Shown here: one piece after another, positions 53,103-62,999 of the stretch
How positions within the stretch are numbered: position 1 is the stretch's first letter
Layout: the number at the start of each line of letters is the position of its first letter
Assembly: GCA_959598745.1 (NCBI GenBank)
Contig: CAUGFN010000001.1
Span: forward strand, 3,713-67,712
From: an uncultured Eubacteriales bacterium
GTDB lineage: Bacteria; Bacillota; Clostridia; TANB77; UBA1234
DNA length: 64,000 nt
Reading direction: 5' to 3'
Notes under the pieces: generated by a model
Seen by the model: only the letters and a program-made list of their open reading frames with translations
What the model was told of the DNA's origin: nothing
The model's database searches: none
Translations under genes and position numbers: made by a program

Positions 53103-53630
53103 ATGAATATTAAAGTAACAGGTAAAAATATTGAAATTACAGATGCAATTAGAGAATATATTGAAAAAAGATGTGAAAGATTAGAAAAATTCGAAGGAAA
53201 AAATACAGATGTAAATGTAGTATGTAGCATTGAAAGAGAAGATCAAATAGTAGAAATTCAAATTAATCATGACGGAGAATTTTTAAGAGTAGAAGAGAAA
53301 AATGCAGATCTTTATGCTTCTATAGACTTAGCAATGGACAGAGCAGAAAGACAACTTAGAAAAGAAAAAGAAAAGAAGATTGGAAAAAATAGAGATGCAT
53401 CTTTAAAGGATAAAATAATGGGAATGTTCAAAGGCGAAGATAAAGAGAATGCAGGAAAAATCACAAAGACAAAAACATATGAAATAAAGCCAATAACTGT
53501 AGAAGATGCAAAATTAAAAATAGAAGAAAGCAAAGATATGTTTTTAACATTTATAAATGTTGAGACAAATGCAGTAAATGTTATATATCAAAGAGGAGAT
53601 GGAACATTCGGAATAGTAGTTCCAGAATAA
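53103..53630 (+). CDS. hpf: Ribosome hibernation-promoting factor (long HPF/RaiA)
   Basis: MNIKVTGKNIEITDAIREYIEKR... with a C-terminal dimerisation domain. Bidirectional terminator at 53639-53669. Confidence 0.88.
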   Translation: MNIKVTGKNIEITDAIREYIEKRCERLEKFEGKNTDVNVVCSIEREDQIVEIQINHDGEFLRVEEKNADLYASIDLAMDRAERQLRKEKEKKIGKNRDASLKDKIMGMFKGEDKENAGKITKTKTYEIKPITVEDAKLKIEESKDMFLTFINVETNAVNVIYQRGDGTFGIVVPE

Positions 53631-53688
53631 TATAAAAAACAAGTGGTCAAATAGGCCACTTGTTTTTTATATAGAATTGGGCAATGGC

Positions 53689-54060
53689 TCAAGTGCTATA
53701 AGGGTACAATCTGTTTAAAAGCAAGTCGATTTCTCTAACAAGCTTTTCTTTGTCATAAGTTGAAAAGTCAGATTCTAAGATAGACTGTACCATATTTAAA
53801 TACTTTTTGCTGGCTTCCTCATAGAGATTTTCACGGCTTTTAAGATAATGTGCAAATCTTTTGGTAAAGGTAACATCAACATCGTTACGACCGAAAAGCA
53901 TGTTCGTCAATCGATCTTTGTTGCTTTGAAAAGGCTCATAAATTTTGTATTGCCAATTAAATGGGTAATCCAAGAGGCAAGATTGTAAATCGATGACATC
54001 AATTGTGCCGTCTTCATTTACGTTAGGCATATCAATAGTATATGATAAGAAAGTTGCCAT
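53689..54060 (-). CDS. Hypothetical protein (123 aa)
   Basis: ORF only. Confidence 0.35.
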   Translation of the reverse strand: MATFLSYTIDMPNVNEDGTIDVIDLQSCLLDYPFNWQYKIYEPFQSNKDRLTNMLFGRNDVDVTFTKRFAHYLKSRENLYEEASKKYLNMVQSILESDFSTYDKEKLVREIDLLLNRLYPYST

Positions 54061-54269
54061 GGTATAAGCCCTCCTAAGAAAAATAAAATTACAACTACAT
54101 ATTATAATATTTATTTTACAAGTGCAATAGTAAATGCGAAAAGTTTAGATTTTATGATTTAAAAGTATTTGTATGCAAAAGTATTCTTTGAGAAAATAAT
54201 ATATAAAAAGGTCCACTGCAACAGAGGACCTTTTTATTACTCAAAGTGTCATTTTACAAAATAACAAAA

Positions 54270-54650
54270 TTATTTTGCAAAATCGTATGGATGGCGCTGG
54301 TGAATTTCTTCGTTGATGATTGCGAGGAGTGTGGATTTGCAATTAAGATTGCTATCCTTAATTGCCTTGATGGTTCCGAGAAGTTCGGCATACTCTTCAG
54401 TCTGGCAAATTGCTTCGCGGTCGCTCAAGTAGTCAAGTAACTTCTTGTCTATAGTGTACGAAACTCTATCGTGTCCATAAACAAGCAATTCTAGAGCTCT
54501 TACATTCTCCTTCGGAGAACAAGTGAAGTTGTATCTCCATTCATGGGCGTCTTCAGACCAACAGGAATTTTCGTCAGCCACCCTCATTGTTGCATTTCTT
54601 CCATCCTTAACCATTACAATGGTTCGCTTTAAATTTGCCAACATAGACAA
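54270..54650 (-). CDS. GC-richer ORFan (126 aa), minus strand
   Basis: AGGAGG-N8-ATG on the minus strand; promoter TTGATT-17-TATAAT; bidirectional terminator at about 54205-54235. Roughly 42% GC. Confidence 0.4.
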   Translation of the reverse strand: MSMLANLKRTIVMVKDGRNATMRVADENSCWSEDAHEWRYNFTCSPKENVRALELLVYGHDRVSYTIDKKLLDYLSDREAICQTEEYAELLGTIKAIKDSNLNCKSTLLAIINEEIHQRHPYDFAK

Positions 54651-54891
54651 ATCCTCCTATAAATTTATTTTGGAACTTTATTATATAATAGAAATCTAAA
54701 TAAATCAAGTGATTTCCAAAAATTTCATATAAAGTTTACAAAACGTAATTAGTGTGGGGTAAATATGCCTTAAAACTATAATTTATTTGCTAAATTTTTA
54801 TAAATTATGTAATTTCTGTGCCTTCGGACAAATTTATTGCAAAATTAGACCTATTTCGATATAATTATAATTGATTTAGGAGTGATACATT

Positions 54892-57800
54892 ATGAAAAGA
54901 GTTTTGCATATAGGGTTAGATGTTGGATCTACAACTGTTAAGGTTATAGTTATGGATGAAAGTTTGAAAATAATTTACAGCTCGTATGAACGACATTTTT
55001 CAGATACTAAAAATACGGTTTGTACGTGTTTAGAAAATTTAATAGAAAAATTCCCAGGTTATGATTTTAATATTGCATTAACTGGTTCAGGTGCAATGTT
55101 CGTTTCGAAATTATTGGATTTACCTTTTATACAAGAAGTTATATCATGTAAAAGAGCAGTAGAAAAATATATTCCAAGAACTGATGTTGTAATAGAATTA
55201 GGTGGAGAAGATGCAAAAATTATATATTTTGATAAATCAATAGAACAAAGAATGAATGGTACTTGTGCTGGTGGAACAGGTGCTTTTTTAGACCAAATGG
55301 CACTGCTATTGGATACTGATACACAAGGTTTAAATGAACTTGCTAAAAAACACAATACTATTTATCCAATTGCCTCTCGTTGTGGAGTGTTTGCTAAGTC
55401 AGATATTCAACCACTTTTAAATGAAGGTGCTGCAAAGGAGGACATAGCGGCTTCTATTTTTCAAGCTGTAGTTAATCAAACTATAAGTGGTTTGGCTTGT
55501 GGCAGACCAATAAAGGGCAATGTAGCGTTTTTAGGAGGACCACTTAATTATTTGCCTGAACTTAGAAAAAGATTTATAGAAACTTTGAAGTTATCAGATG
55601 ATGAAATAATAATTCCGGAGGATGCACATCTTTTTGTTGCAAAGGGAGCTGCACTTGATTCTGTGAATTACAATGCAATAAATGCAGAAAAATTGAGAGC
55701 CAAAATCCAAATGTTAAAATATGCTCATGACGACACGACGGTGCCTCTAAATCCGCTTTTTACAGTTGATGCAGAGTATGAAGAATTTAAAAAGAGACAC
55801 GAAGCTGATAAGATAAAAAGAAAACCTTTAAACAATTATAAAGGAGATGCTTTTTTAGGAATAGATGCAGGTTCGACAACAAGTAAGCTTGTTTTAATTT
55901 CATCGGATGGAAAATTACTATATGAAAGTTATAAAAGTAACGAAGGAAGTCCTCTTCAAAGTGTAATTAAGATGATGGAAAAACTATATGATGTTTTGCC
56001 GAAGCAAGTTACAATTAGATATGCCGGTGTTACAGGCTATGGTGAAAAATTGATTCAGTCCGCTTTAAATATTGAATTAAATGAAATAGAGACTATAGCA
56101 CATTATAGTGCTGCTAAGAAATTTATGCCAAACGTTACAAGTATAGTAGACATTGGTGGTCAAGATATGAAATATATAAGTATCAAGGACGGTGCGATTG
56201 ATAACATCATGTTAAATGAGGCATGTTCATCAGGCTGTGGTTCATTTATTGAGACTTTTGCGAAAAGTTTGAATTTGAGCATACAAAAATTTGTTGATGA
56301 AGCTATTAAGGCAAGAAAACCAGTAAATTTGGGTTCAAGATGTACTGTGTTTATGAATTCGAAAATTAAGCAGGCACAAAAGGAGGGCTATACTGTTGGC
56401 GATATTTCAGCAGGTCTTTCATACTCAGTTATAAAGAATGCAATACAGAAAGTTATGAAAGTAAGAGATGTTGCGACTCTTGGAGACAATATAGTTGTGC
56501 AAGGCGGAACTTTTTACAATGATGCCGTATTAAGAGCTTTTGAAATTATAGTTGGAAAAAATGTTGTAAGACCAGATATTGCAGGACTTATGGGAGCCTA
56601 TGGTGTAGCTATACTTGCAAAAGAAAAGTTCGATGCATTAAATGATAAAAACTATGTTTCAAAAGTATTTAAAAAAGATGAATTAGAAACTTTAACTGTA
56701 AGCATAACTCACACAAGGTGTAAGGGATGCGAAAACAATTGCTTTTTAACAATAAATGAATTTTCAAATGGTAAGAAGTTTATATCGGGAAATAGATGTG
56801 AAAAAGGTGCTGGAAGAGATAAGGCTAATTTGAATTTGCCTAATATGTATGCATACAAATACAAAAGGATTTTTGATTATGAACCACTTAGCGAAGAAAA
56901 AGCTTATAGAGGAACGATAGGAATACCAAGAGTTTTGAATATGTATGAAGATTATCCTTTCTGGTTTACATTTTTAACAAAACTTGGCTTTAGAGTTCTA
57001 ATATCTGAAAAGAGTAATAGAAAAACTTATGAAAAAGGCATGGAATCAATGCCTTCTGAATCCGTGTGCTATCCGGCAAAACTAAGCCATGGACATGTTA
57101 TGAGCCTTATAGAACAAGGAATAAAAACAATATTTTATCCATGTGTACCGTATTCTAGGAAAGAGTTCAAGGATTCAGATAATCATTATAATTGTCCAAT
57201 TGTAATTTCATATCCTGAAGTTTTGAAAAACAATGTGGAAGAATTAAATGAAATTAAATTTATAAACAGTTTCTTACCATTCGACACTAAAAAACTTGTA
57301 AAGACAATTTTAGAGCTACCTGAGTTTAGTGAATATAGGTTTAGTAAGAGTGAACTTACAGAAGCAGCCGAAGAAGCAGAAAAAGAATATCAAAAATGTA
57401 AAAAAGATATTTTAGAAAAAGGAAAAGAAACATTAAAATATATAAATGATAATAATTTAAAAGGAATCGTGCTTGCAGGAAGACCATATCATATAGATCC
57501 GGAAATAAATCATGGAATAGATAAGATGATTACGAGTCTGGGACTTTGTGTGCTAACAGAAGACAGTGTTGCAGGACTAGTCGAACCAAAAAGACCACTT
57601 AGAGTCGTAGACCAGTGGACATATCATGCAAGACTATATGCTGCAGCGGATTTTGTTGGTAAACACGAAAATATAGAACTAGTTCAATTAAACTCATTTG
57701 GTTGTGGTGTTGATGCAGTAACAACTGACCAAGTCGAAGAAATATTAAAAAGTTTCGGGAAGATGTATACATTAATAAAAATAGATGAAGTAAACAATTT

Positions 57801-59199
57801 AGGCGCAATAAGAATCAGAATAAGATCGCTTTTAGCAAGTATGAATAAGCATGAAACTTGTATAGTGCCAAAAGAAACTCAAGTTGGCGAATATGAAATA
57901 GAAAAAAAGATATTTGATAAAGAAATGAAAAAAGATTATACAATATTGATACCGCAAATGGCACCAATACATTTCGAGTTATTGCAAGCAGTACTTAGAA
58001 AATATGGATATAATGTTAAACTGCTTCGTGAGTGTACAGCACATACGGTAGAAGTAGGACTAAAATATGTTAATAACGATGCATGCTATCCATCAATATT
58101 AACGACAGGACAAATGATAGAAGCACTTGAATCTGGTGAGTATGATGTGGAAAAAACAGCGCTTATGATGTCACAAACTGGTGGAGGTTGTAGAGCAACA
58201 AATTATATAGCTTTCATTAGGAAAGCTTTAAAAGATGCTGGATTTACAAATGTACCTGTAATATCATTTAACTTTAGTGGTATGGAGAAAATGCCAGGTT
58301 TTAAACTTACACCAAAGATGATAGACAAACTATTAAAAGCAGTTGTGTATGGCGATTTATTGCAAAAACTATTGCTAAAAAATAGAGCTTATGAAGTACA
58401 CAAAGGTGATACAGAAGAAACATACGAAAAATGGATGGCAAAATGCAAAGATATCCTAGAAAACGGAAGTATAAAAGATTTCAGAAAAAGTATTTATGAA
58501 ATGGTTGAAGATTTTGAAAAGATAGAGGTTAATTTGTATCAAAGAAAGCCGAAAGTGGGAATAGTTGGAGAGATTTTAATAAAATATCATCCATTTGGAA
58601 ATAACAACATAATAGAAAAGCTAGAAGCAGAAGGTGCAGAAGTTACAATGCCAGACTTCATGGGATTTGTAAAATATGCGGCAACACCGAGCATAACATG
58701 GCATAAACTAATGAACTTGGACAAAAACAAATCAGAAATATTCAAATTTGCACTTAAAATAATAAACTCATTTGAAAAAGACTCTCGTAGAGCACTTCAA
58801 ATGTCAAATAGAGATTATTTATTACCAATAGATATATGGAAGTTATCAGAAAAAGTCGACAAGATATTGTCGCTTGGAAATCAAACCGGAGAAGGCTGGT
58901 TCTTAACAGCAGAGATGATAGAGTATATAGAACATGGAATTGACAACATAGTTTGCGTTCAGCCATTTGCGTGTCTTCCCAACCATGTAGTGGGTAAAGG
59001 AATGATAAAGAAAATAAGAAGCAAATATCCAGAGGCTAACATAGTGCCAATTGACTATGATCCAGGTGCAAGTGAAGCAAATCAAACTAATAGAATAAAG
59101 CTGATGATGACAGTTGCAAAGGATAATATGCCAAAAACAGAAAATATAAAGAAAGATTTTTATAGTGAAAAACAAACTATTTTAGAAACAAAAAAATAA
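54892..59199 (+). CDS. CoA-substrate-specific enzyme activase fusion (two BadF/BadG/BcrA/BcrD-type ATPase domains plus a 2-hydroxyacyl-CoA dehydratase-like domain), 1435 aa
   Basis: Two acetate/sugar-kinase-type ATPase N-termini (IGLDVGSTTVK..., LGIDAGSTTSK...) followed by a large C-terminal domain. Matches the large activase-related proteins known from Clostridia. Confidence 0.7.
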   Translation: MKRVLHIGLDVGSTTVKVIVMDESLKIIYSSYERHFSDTKNTVCTCLENLIEKFPGYDFNIALTGSGAMFVSKLLDLPFIQEVISCKRAVEKYIPRTDVVIELGGEDAKIIYFDKSIEQRMNGTCAGGTGAFLDQMALLLDTDTQGLNELAKKHNTIYPIASRCGVFAKSDIQPLLNEGAAKEDIAASIFQAVVNQTISGLACGRPIKGNVAFLGGPLNYLPELRKRFIETLKLSDDEIIIPEDAHLFVAKGAALDSVNYNAINAEKLRAKIQMLKYAHDDTTVPLNPLFTVDAEYEEFKKRHEADKIKRKPLNNYKGDAFLGIDAGSTTSKLVLISSDGKLLYESYKSNEGSPLQSVIKMMEKLYDVLPKQVTIRYAGVTGYGEKLIQSALNIELNEIETIAHYSAAKKFMPNVTSIVDIGGQDMKYISIKDGAIDNIMLNEACSSGCGSFIETFAKSLNLSIQKFVDEAIKARKPVNLGSRCTVFMNSKIKQAQKEGYTVGDISAGLSYSVIKNAIQKVMKVRDVATLGDNIVVQGGTFYNDAVLRAFEIIVGKNVVRPDIAGLMGAYGVAILAKEKFDALNDKNYVSKVFKKDELETLTVSITHTRCKGCENNCFLTINEFSNGKKFISGNRCEKGAGRDKANLNLPNMYAYKYKRIFDYEPLSEEKAYRGTIGIPRVLNMYEDYPFWFTFLTKLGFRVLISEKSNRKTYEKGMESMPSESVCYPAKLSHGHVMSLIEQGIKTIFYPCVPYSRKEFKDSDNHYNCPIVISYPEVLKNNVEELNEIKFINSFLPFDTKKLVKTILELPEFSEYRFSKSELTEAAEEAEKEYQKCKKDILEKGKETLKYINDNNLKGIVLAGRPYHIDPEINHGIDKMITSLGLCVLTEDSVAGLVEPKRPLRVVDQWTYHARLYAAADFVGKHENIELVQLNSFGCGVDAVTTDQVEEILKSFGKMYTLIKIDEVNNLGAIRIRIRSLLASMNKHETCIVPKETQVGEYEIEKKIFDKEMKKDYTILIPQMAPIHFELLQAVLRKYGYNVKLLRECTAHTVEVGLKYVNNDACYPSILTTGQMIEALESGEYDVEKTALMMSQTGGGCRATNYIAFIRKALKDAGFTNVPVISFNFSGMEKMPGFKLTPKMIDKLLKAVVYGDLLQKLLLKNRAYEVHKGDTEETYEKWMAKCKDILENGSIKDFRKSIYEMVEDFEKIEVNLYQRKPKVGIVGEILIKYHPFGNNNIIEKLEAEGAEVTMPDFMGFVKYAATPSITWHKLMNLDKNKSEIFKFALKIINSFEKDSRRALQMSNRDYLLPIDIWKLSEKVDKILSLGNQTGEGWFLTAEMIEYIEHGIDNIVCVQPFACLPNHVVGKGMIKKIRSKYPEANIVPIDYDPGASEANQTNRIKLMMTVAKDNMPKTENIKKDFYSEKQTILETKK

Positions 59200-59369
59200 G
59201 ATATTTCACAGACAAAGTTATAGGTTTAAAATAAATATGCCATAGAAAAAGTGAAATTGACATAAATAAAGATAAATGGTATAATGAATCTGTGCTTATA
59301 TCTTTATACACTCCTTGGCAGCATGTATGGACATAAGTAATATTTGATAATTAAAAGGAGAAAAACGTT

Positions 59370-60038
59370 ATGCAACAATGGATGACCAATTACACAGAGG
59401 TGCAGTTAGAATTCTTGGACTACAAGCGAGAAATGGAAAGCTTACCTTGGCAGGAAAGAGAGCACGATTATAGGCTTTCAAGGGAACTGTACGTAAGTAT
59501 AAAACACCAACTTCGTGACAAATTCCCGAGAACAGCAATGTACACCTCTAACGAGCGACTTTTGGATTTTTCCGAAAAGCTTGCGAGCATGGTCGAGGAC
59601 TATCAAGTGGCTGTGATGTCTTATGAGGCATTGGCACAGGTTGTGGCTGAACAGAGTTACCGGATTCGTCCGATTATAGGAATAATCCGGAAAGACGAAC
59701 TCTTTGCACTTGTGGATAAGAGAGCAAGGATAATCGGTGTTCACGTACCGAAAAGCAAGAAACTGAAAGCTTTGGAACAGAGAGTAGAGAAAGCTTTAGT
59801 GCAGCTTGATGGCTTCATTACGGGGAAAGGTGGAACACCTAACGCGTTCGTCCGTGTGGCTCTCGAAAACTTTATTTTCGAACAGAAGCATGATTCCAAT
59901 GTGCCGGAAATCAAGATTGTTGCCGTAAAAAAGCCGATTAAAGGAGGCAAAGAGGTTGACATCCGTGGTTTTGGAGGACTTCAAATGAGCTTCAAGGTAT
60001 TTGAAGGAAGAGAGGTAGTATATTACCATATCATTTGA
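59370..60038 (+). CDS. GC-rich ORFan (222 aa)
   Basis: Promoter TTGACA-17-TATAAT (59266-59294); AAAGGAG RBS; terminator GCAGTGAGA...TCTCACTGC followed by TTTTT (60040-60075). Roughly 45% GC. Confidence 0.4.
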   Translation: MQQWMTNYTEVQLEFLDYKREMESLPWQEREHDYRLSRELYVSIKHQLRDKFPRTAMYTSNERLLDFSEKLASMVEDYQVAVMSYEALAQVVAEQSYRIRPIIGIIRKDELFALVDKRARIIGVHVPKSKKLKALEQRVEKALVQLDGFITGKGGTPNAFVRVALENFIFEQKHDSNVPEIKIVAVKKPIKGGKEVDIRGFGGLQMSFKVFEGREVVYYHII

Positions 60039-60161
60039 TGTCGCGAAAGCAGTGAGATTTTTCTCACTGCTTTTTGAATATGTCACCATTGAAAAAAATA
60101 TAAAAGTATGATATAAGTATATCTATGTAAACAAGAATATAAGAAAAGAGGATTAGATATT

Positions 60162-61802
60162 ATGAGTAAAGAATTAGCGGAATTGATGTTTCCAAATATC
60201 GACAAAACGCCAGATTATTATGAAAAATTATATCCAAAAAGAAATTTGCCAGAAGGTGCTGTTGTAACACGTTTTGCACCTAGCCCAACAGGTTTTATTC
60301 ATGTAGGTTCACTTTTTGGAGCAAATTTAGATAGAAGATTTGCCACACAAAATAATGGTATATGCTACTTAAGAATAGAAGATACTGATGGAAAAAGAGA
60401 AGTTGAAGATGGCATAAACTTAATTATAAATGGCTTGAAAGTATTTGGCATAGAGTTTGATGAGGGACCTATCGATGGAAAAACAAAAGGCGATTACGGT
60501 CCATATATTCAAAGTGAAAGAAAAGAAATATATCAAACATATGCTAAAGATTTGGTTGAAAAAGGATTAGCTTATCCATGTTTCTGCAGTGCAGATGAAC
60601 TTAACCAAATTAGAGAAAGACAAGAAAAATTAAAAATAGTGCCTGGATATTATGGAGAATTCGCAAATTGTAGAAAATTAAGCGAGGCCCAAATGGTAGA
60701 AAGAGTTAAAAATGGAGATCCATTTATAGTTAGACTTAAATCTATGGGAAGCACATCTAAAAAAATTAGATTTAAGGATATGATAAGAGGAATAATTGAA
60801 TTTCCAGAGAATGTACAAGATGTAGTAATCATAAAATCTGATGGACTTCCAACATACCATTTTGCACATGCAGTTGATGATCATTTGATGAGAACAACAC
60901 ATGTTGTAAGAGGTGAAGAGTGGTTGCCATCAGTTCCAATCCATGTAGAATTATTCAAAACACTTGGATTTGAAATGCCAGAATTTATTCATACACCAAC
61001 AATAATGAAAGAAGATGGCGGAAGCAAGAGAAAGATAAGCAAAAGAAAAGATCCAGAGGCTGCAGCGTCATATTATAAAGAAAACGGAATACCAAAAGAG
61101 GCAGTTATAGATTATCTTATGAATATACTAAATTCTAACTTCGAAGAATGGAGAAAGAATAATCCACACGGAGATTTAAAAGAATTCAAAATAGATTTAA
61201 ACAAGATAAGTTCAAGTGGTGCTTTATTTGATTTAGTAAAATTAGCAGATGTATCCAAAAATACAATCGCAACATTTACAGCTGAAAAGGTATATGAAGA
61301 TGGTCTTGAATGGGCAGAAGAGTTTGATAAAGACTTAGCAGAACTTATGAAAAAGCATAAAGAATTTACAATTAATATTTTAAATATAGAAAGAACAGGA
61401 ACAAAAATAAGAAAAGATATAGCTAAATGGTCAGAGCTAAGAGAAAACCTTGAGTATTTATATGATGAAGTATTCTTTACAAAAGAGCATGAAGATGAAT
61501 GGCAAAATATAACAGATAAAGAAGAAATTAAGAAAATAATAACAGAGTATTTAAATGTATATGATGAAAATGACGATAAGGATACATGGTTTAACAAAGT
61601 AAAAGATGTTGCAGAAAAATTTGGTTATGCTAGAGAAGTAAAAGAATATAAGAAAAATCCAGAGAATTATAAAGGCCATGTTGGAGACATAAGCACAGTA
61701 ATAAGAGTGGCACTTACTGGAAGAAGAAATACTCCAGACTTATACGAAATACTTAAAAATCTTGGAAAAGAGAGAATTGAAAAAAGATTTGCAAGAATAT
61801 AA
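60162..61802 (+). CDS. gltX: Glutamate--tRNA ligase (long form)
   Basis: RFAPSPTGFIHVG (HIGH region), RIEDTD, KISKRK (KMSKS-like). Confidence 0.8.
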   Translation: MSKELAELMFPNIDKTPDYYEKLYPKRNLPEGAVVTRFAPSPTGFIHVGSLFGANLDRRFATQNNGICYLRIEDTDGKREVEDGINLIINGLKVFGIEFDEGPIDGKTKGDYGPYIQSERKEIYQTYAKDLVEKGLAYPCFCSADELNQIRERQEKLKIVPGYYGEFANCRKLSEAQMVERVKNGDPFIVRLKSMGSTSKKIRFKDMIRGIIEFPENVQDVVIIKSDGLPTYHFAHAVDDHLMRTTHVVRGEEWLPSVPIHVELFKTLGFEMPEFIHTPTIMKEDGGSKRKISKRKDPEAAASYYKENGIPKEAVIDYLMNILNSNFEEWRKNNPHGDLKEFKIDLNKISSSGALFDLVKLADVSKNTIATFTAEKVYEDGLEWAEEFDKDLAELMKKHKEFTINILNIERTGTKIRKDIAKWSELRENLEYLYDEVFFTKEHEDEWQNITDKEEIKKIITEYLNVYDENDDKDTWFNKVKDVAEKFGYAREVKEYKKNPENYKGHVGDISTVIRVALTGRRNTPDLYEILKNLGKERIEKRFARI

Positions 61803-61847
61803 TAAAAATTGTTGACAACAAATAATAAATGTTGTAGAATAATAAAC

Positions 61848-61961
61848 GTGGTGAGGATATAGACGAGGTCACACCTGTTCCCATACCGAACACAGAAGTT
61901 AAGCTCGTATGTAGCCGAAGATAGTAATGGGTCGCTCATTGTGAAAATAGGAACTTGCCGC
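61848..61961 (+). rRNA. rrf: 5S ribosomal RNA (orphan; no 16S/23S nearby in this window)
   Basis: GGTGAGGATATAGACGAGGTCACACCTGTTCCCATACCGAACACAGAAGTTAAGCTCG... matches the conserved 5S core. Own promoter TTGACA-17-TAGAAT at 61812-61840. Confidence 0.75.
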
Positions 61962-61969
61962 TTTTATAT

Positions 61970-62045
61970 TCCTCTTTAGCTCAGTTGGTAGAGCGTCCGG
62001 CTGTTAACCGGCAGGTCGTAGGTTCGAGTCCTACAAGGGGAGCCA
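61970..62045 (+). tRNA. tRNA-Asn (GTT), CCA encoded
   Basis: Cloverleaf: acceptor TCCTCTT/AAGGGGA, D arm GCTC-AGTTGGTA-GAGC, anticodon loop CTGTTAA, T arm GTAGG-TTCGAGT-CCTAC, discriminator G plus CCA. Confidence 0.85.
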
Positions 62046-62049
62046 ATTT

Positions 62050-62085
62050 AAACTAGTTCATTGATTGAACTAGTTTATTTTTTTC
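62050..62085 (+). terminator. Rho-independent terminator after the 5S-tRNA unit
   Basis: AAACTAGTTCA-TTGA-TTGAACTAGTTT followed by ATTTTTTT. Confidence 0.75.
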
Positions 62086-62243
62086 TAAAATTCTAGAAAA
62101 CATAAGGTTCATGTAATATATCTGTAATAAAAACTTAATATTTCTGTAATTGTAATAAAACCATGAAAAATGTATAATCTAAGTAAATGATTACTAATGA
62201 AGATGGGAGGAAGTTTAAGTTTTACTATAGTAGACTTAGATGA

Positions 62244-62999
62244 TTGCGTATGGAAAATAATGATGTTAATGTTACTTCAGTTGAGTTACAAAGATGTATT
62301 CAAAAGCTAGATAAATTAGAAAAAATGATTAATCCTAATAGCAAAAAGTCACTTATTCTATGGGAAGAAGATGATGCATTTAAAAATTTAATTTCTGATA
62401 TTAAAGATTATGCGATGAACTGTGAAACTTCGGAATTCCCAATAGAGTTACTAGATAAATTAAAGGCATTACAAAAAGATGCAACTAATCAAATAATAGA
62501 GGGAACAAGCAAGATTGTTTCTTTGAATGAACAAGCAAAAACTAATTTAGAACTTAGCAGAACATTGTCTACAATGTATATTTCAGCAATGGCTGCTAAT
62601 CCTTTAGATGAGTATGAAGAGGAACTTTCTAATCCAGAACTTGCACCAATGAAAGAGCATTTGGAAACTATTTGTACTGCTGTTCCAGAGTCTGAAGAAT
62701 ATGCAAAGGCTGAAAAGACAATAAAATCTAAAATAAGCAATTTGGAAAATAGTGTTCATATAACTATTGACTTAGAGAGAACAACAAGTAAGGCTAGTGC
62801 TTTAGAGTATATTAAAGCTGAAATAGTTCCAGCAATAGACAGACTACAAGCTGAATATGATGCTAAGTATGTAATTGTTGATCAAGAACCGGACGAAGAG
62901 GTGTCTCTTGCTCTTAGAAAAACATTCAAAGAGAAGATGTATGATGCAATTGTTAAACCATTTGCAAGTTTATTCAAAAAGAAATCAAAAGCTAAATAA
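62244..62999 (+). CDS. Hypothetical protein (251 aa, acidic, helical)
   Basis: ORF; start may be ATG at 62250. Confidence 0.35.
   Translation: MRMENNDVNVTSVELQRCIQKLDKLEKMINPNSKKSLILWEEDDAFKNLISDIKDYAMNCETSEFPIELLDKLKALQKDATNQIIEGTSKIVSLNEQAKTNLELSRTLSTMYISAMAANPLDEYEEELSNPELAPMKEHLETICTAVPESEEYAKAEKTIKSKISNLENSVHITIDLERTTSKASALEYIKAEIVPAIDRLQAEYDAKYVIVDQEPDEEVSLALRKTFKEKMYDAIVKPFASLFKKKSKAK

Noticed and set aside
60039-60161. T-box leader upstream of gltX (and upstream of valS)
   Set aside because: The leader is only about 120 nt and lacks an AGGGUGGNACCGCG T-box motif. The valS upstream region is outside the window.
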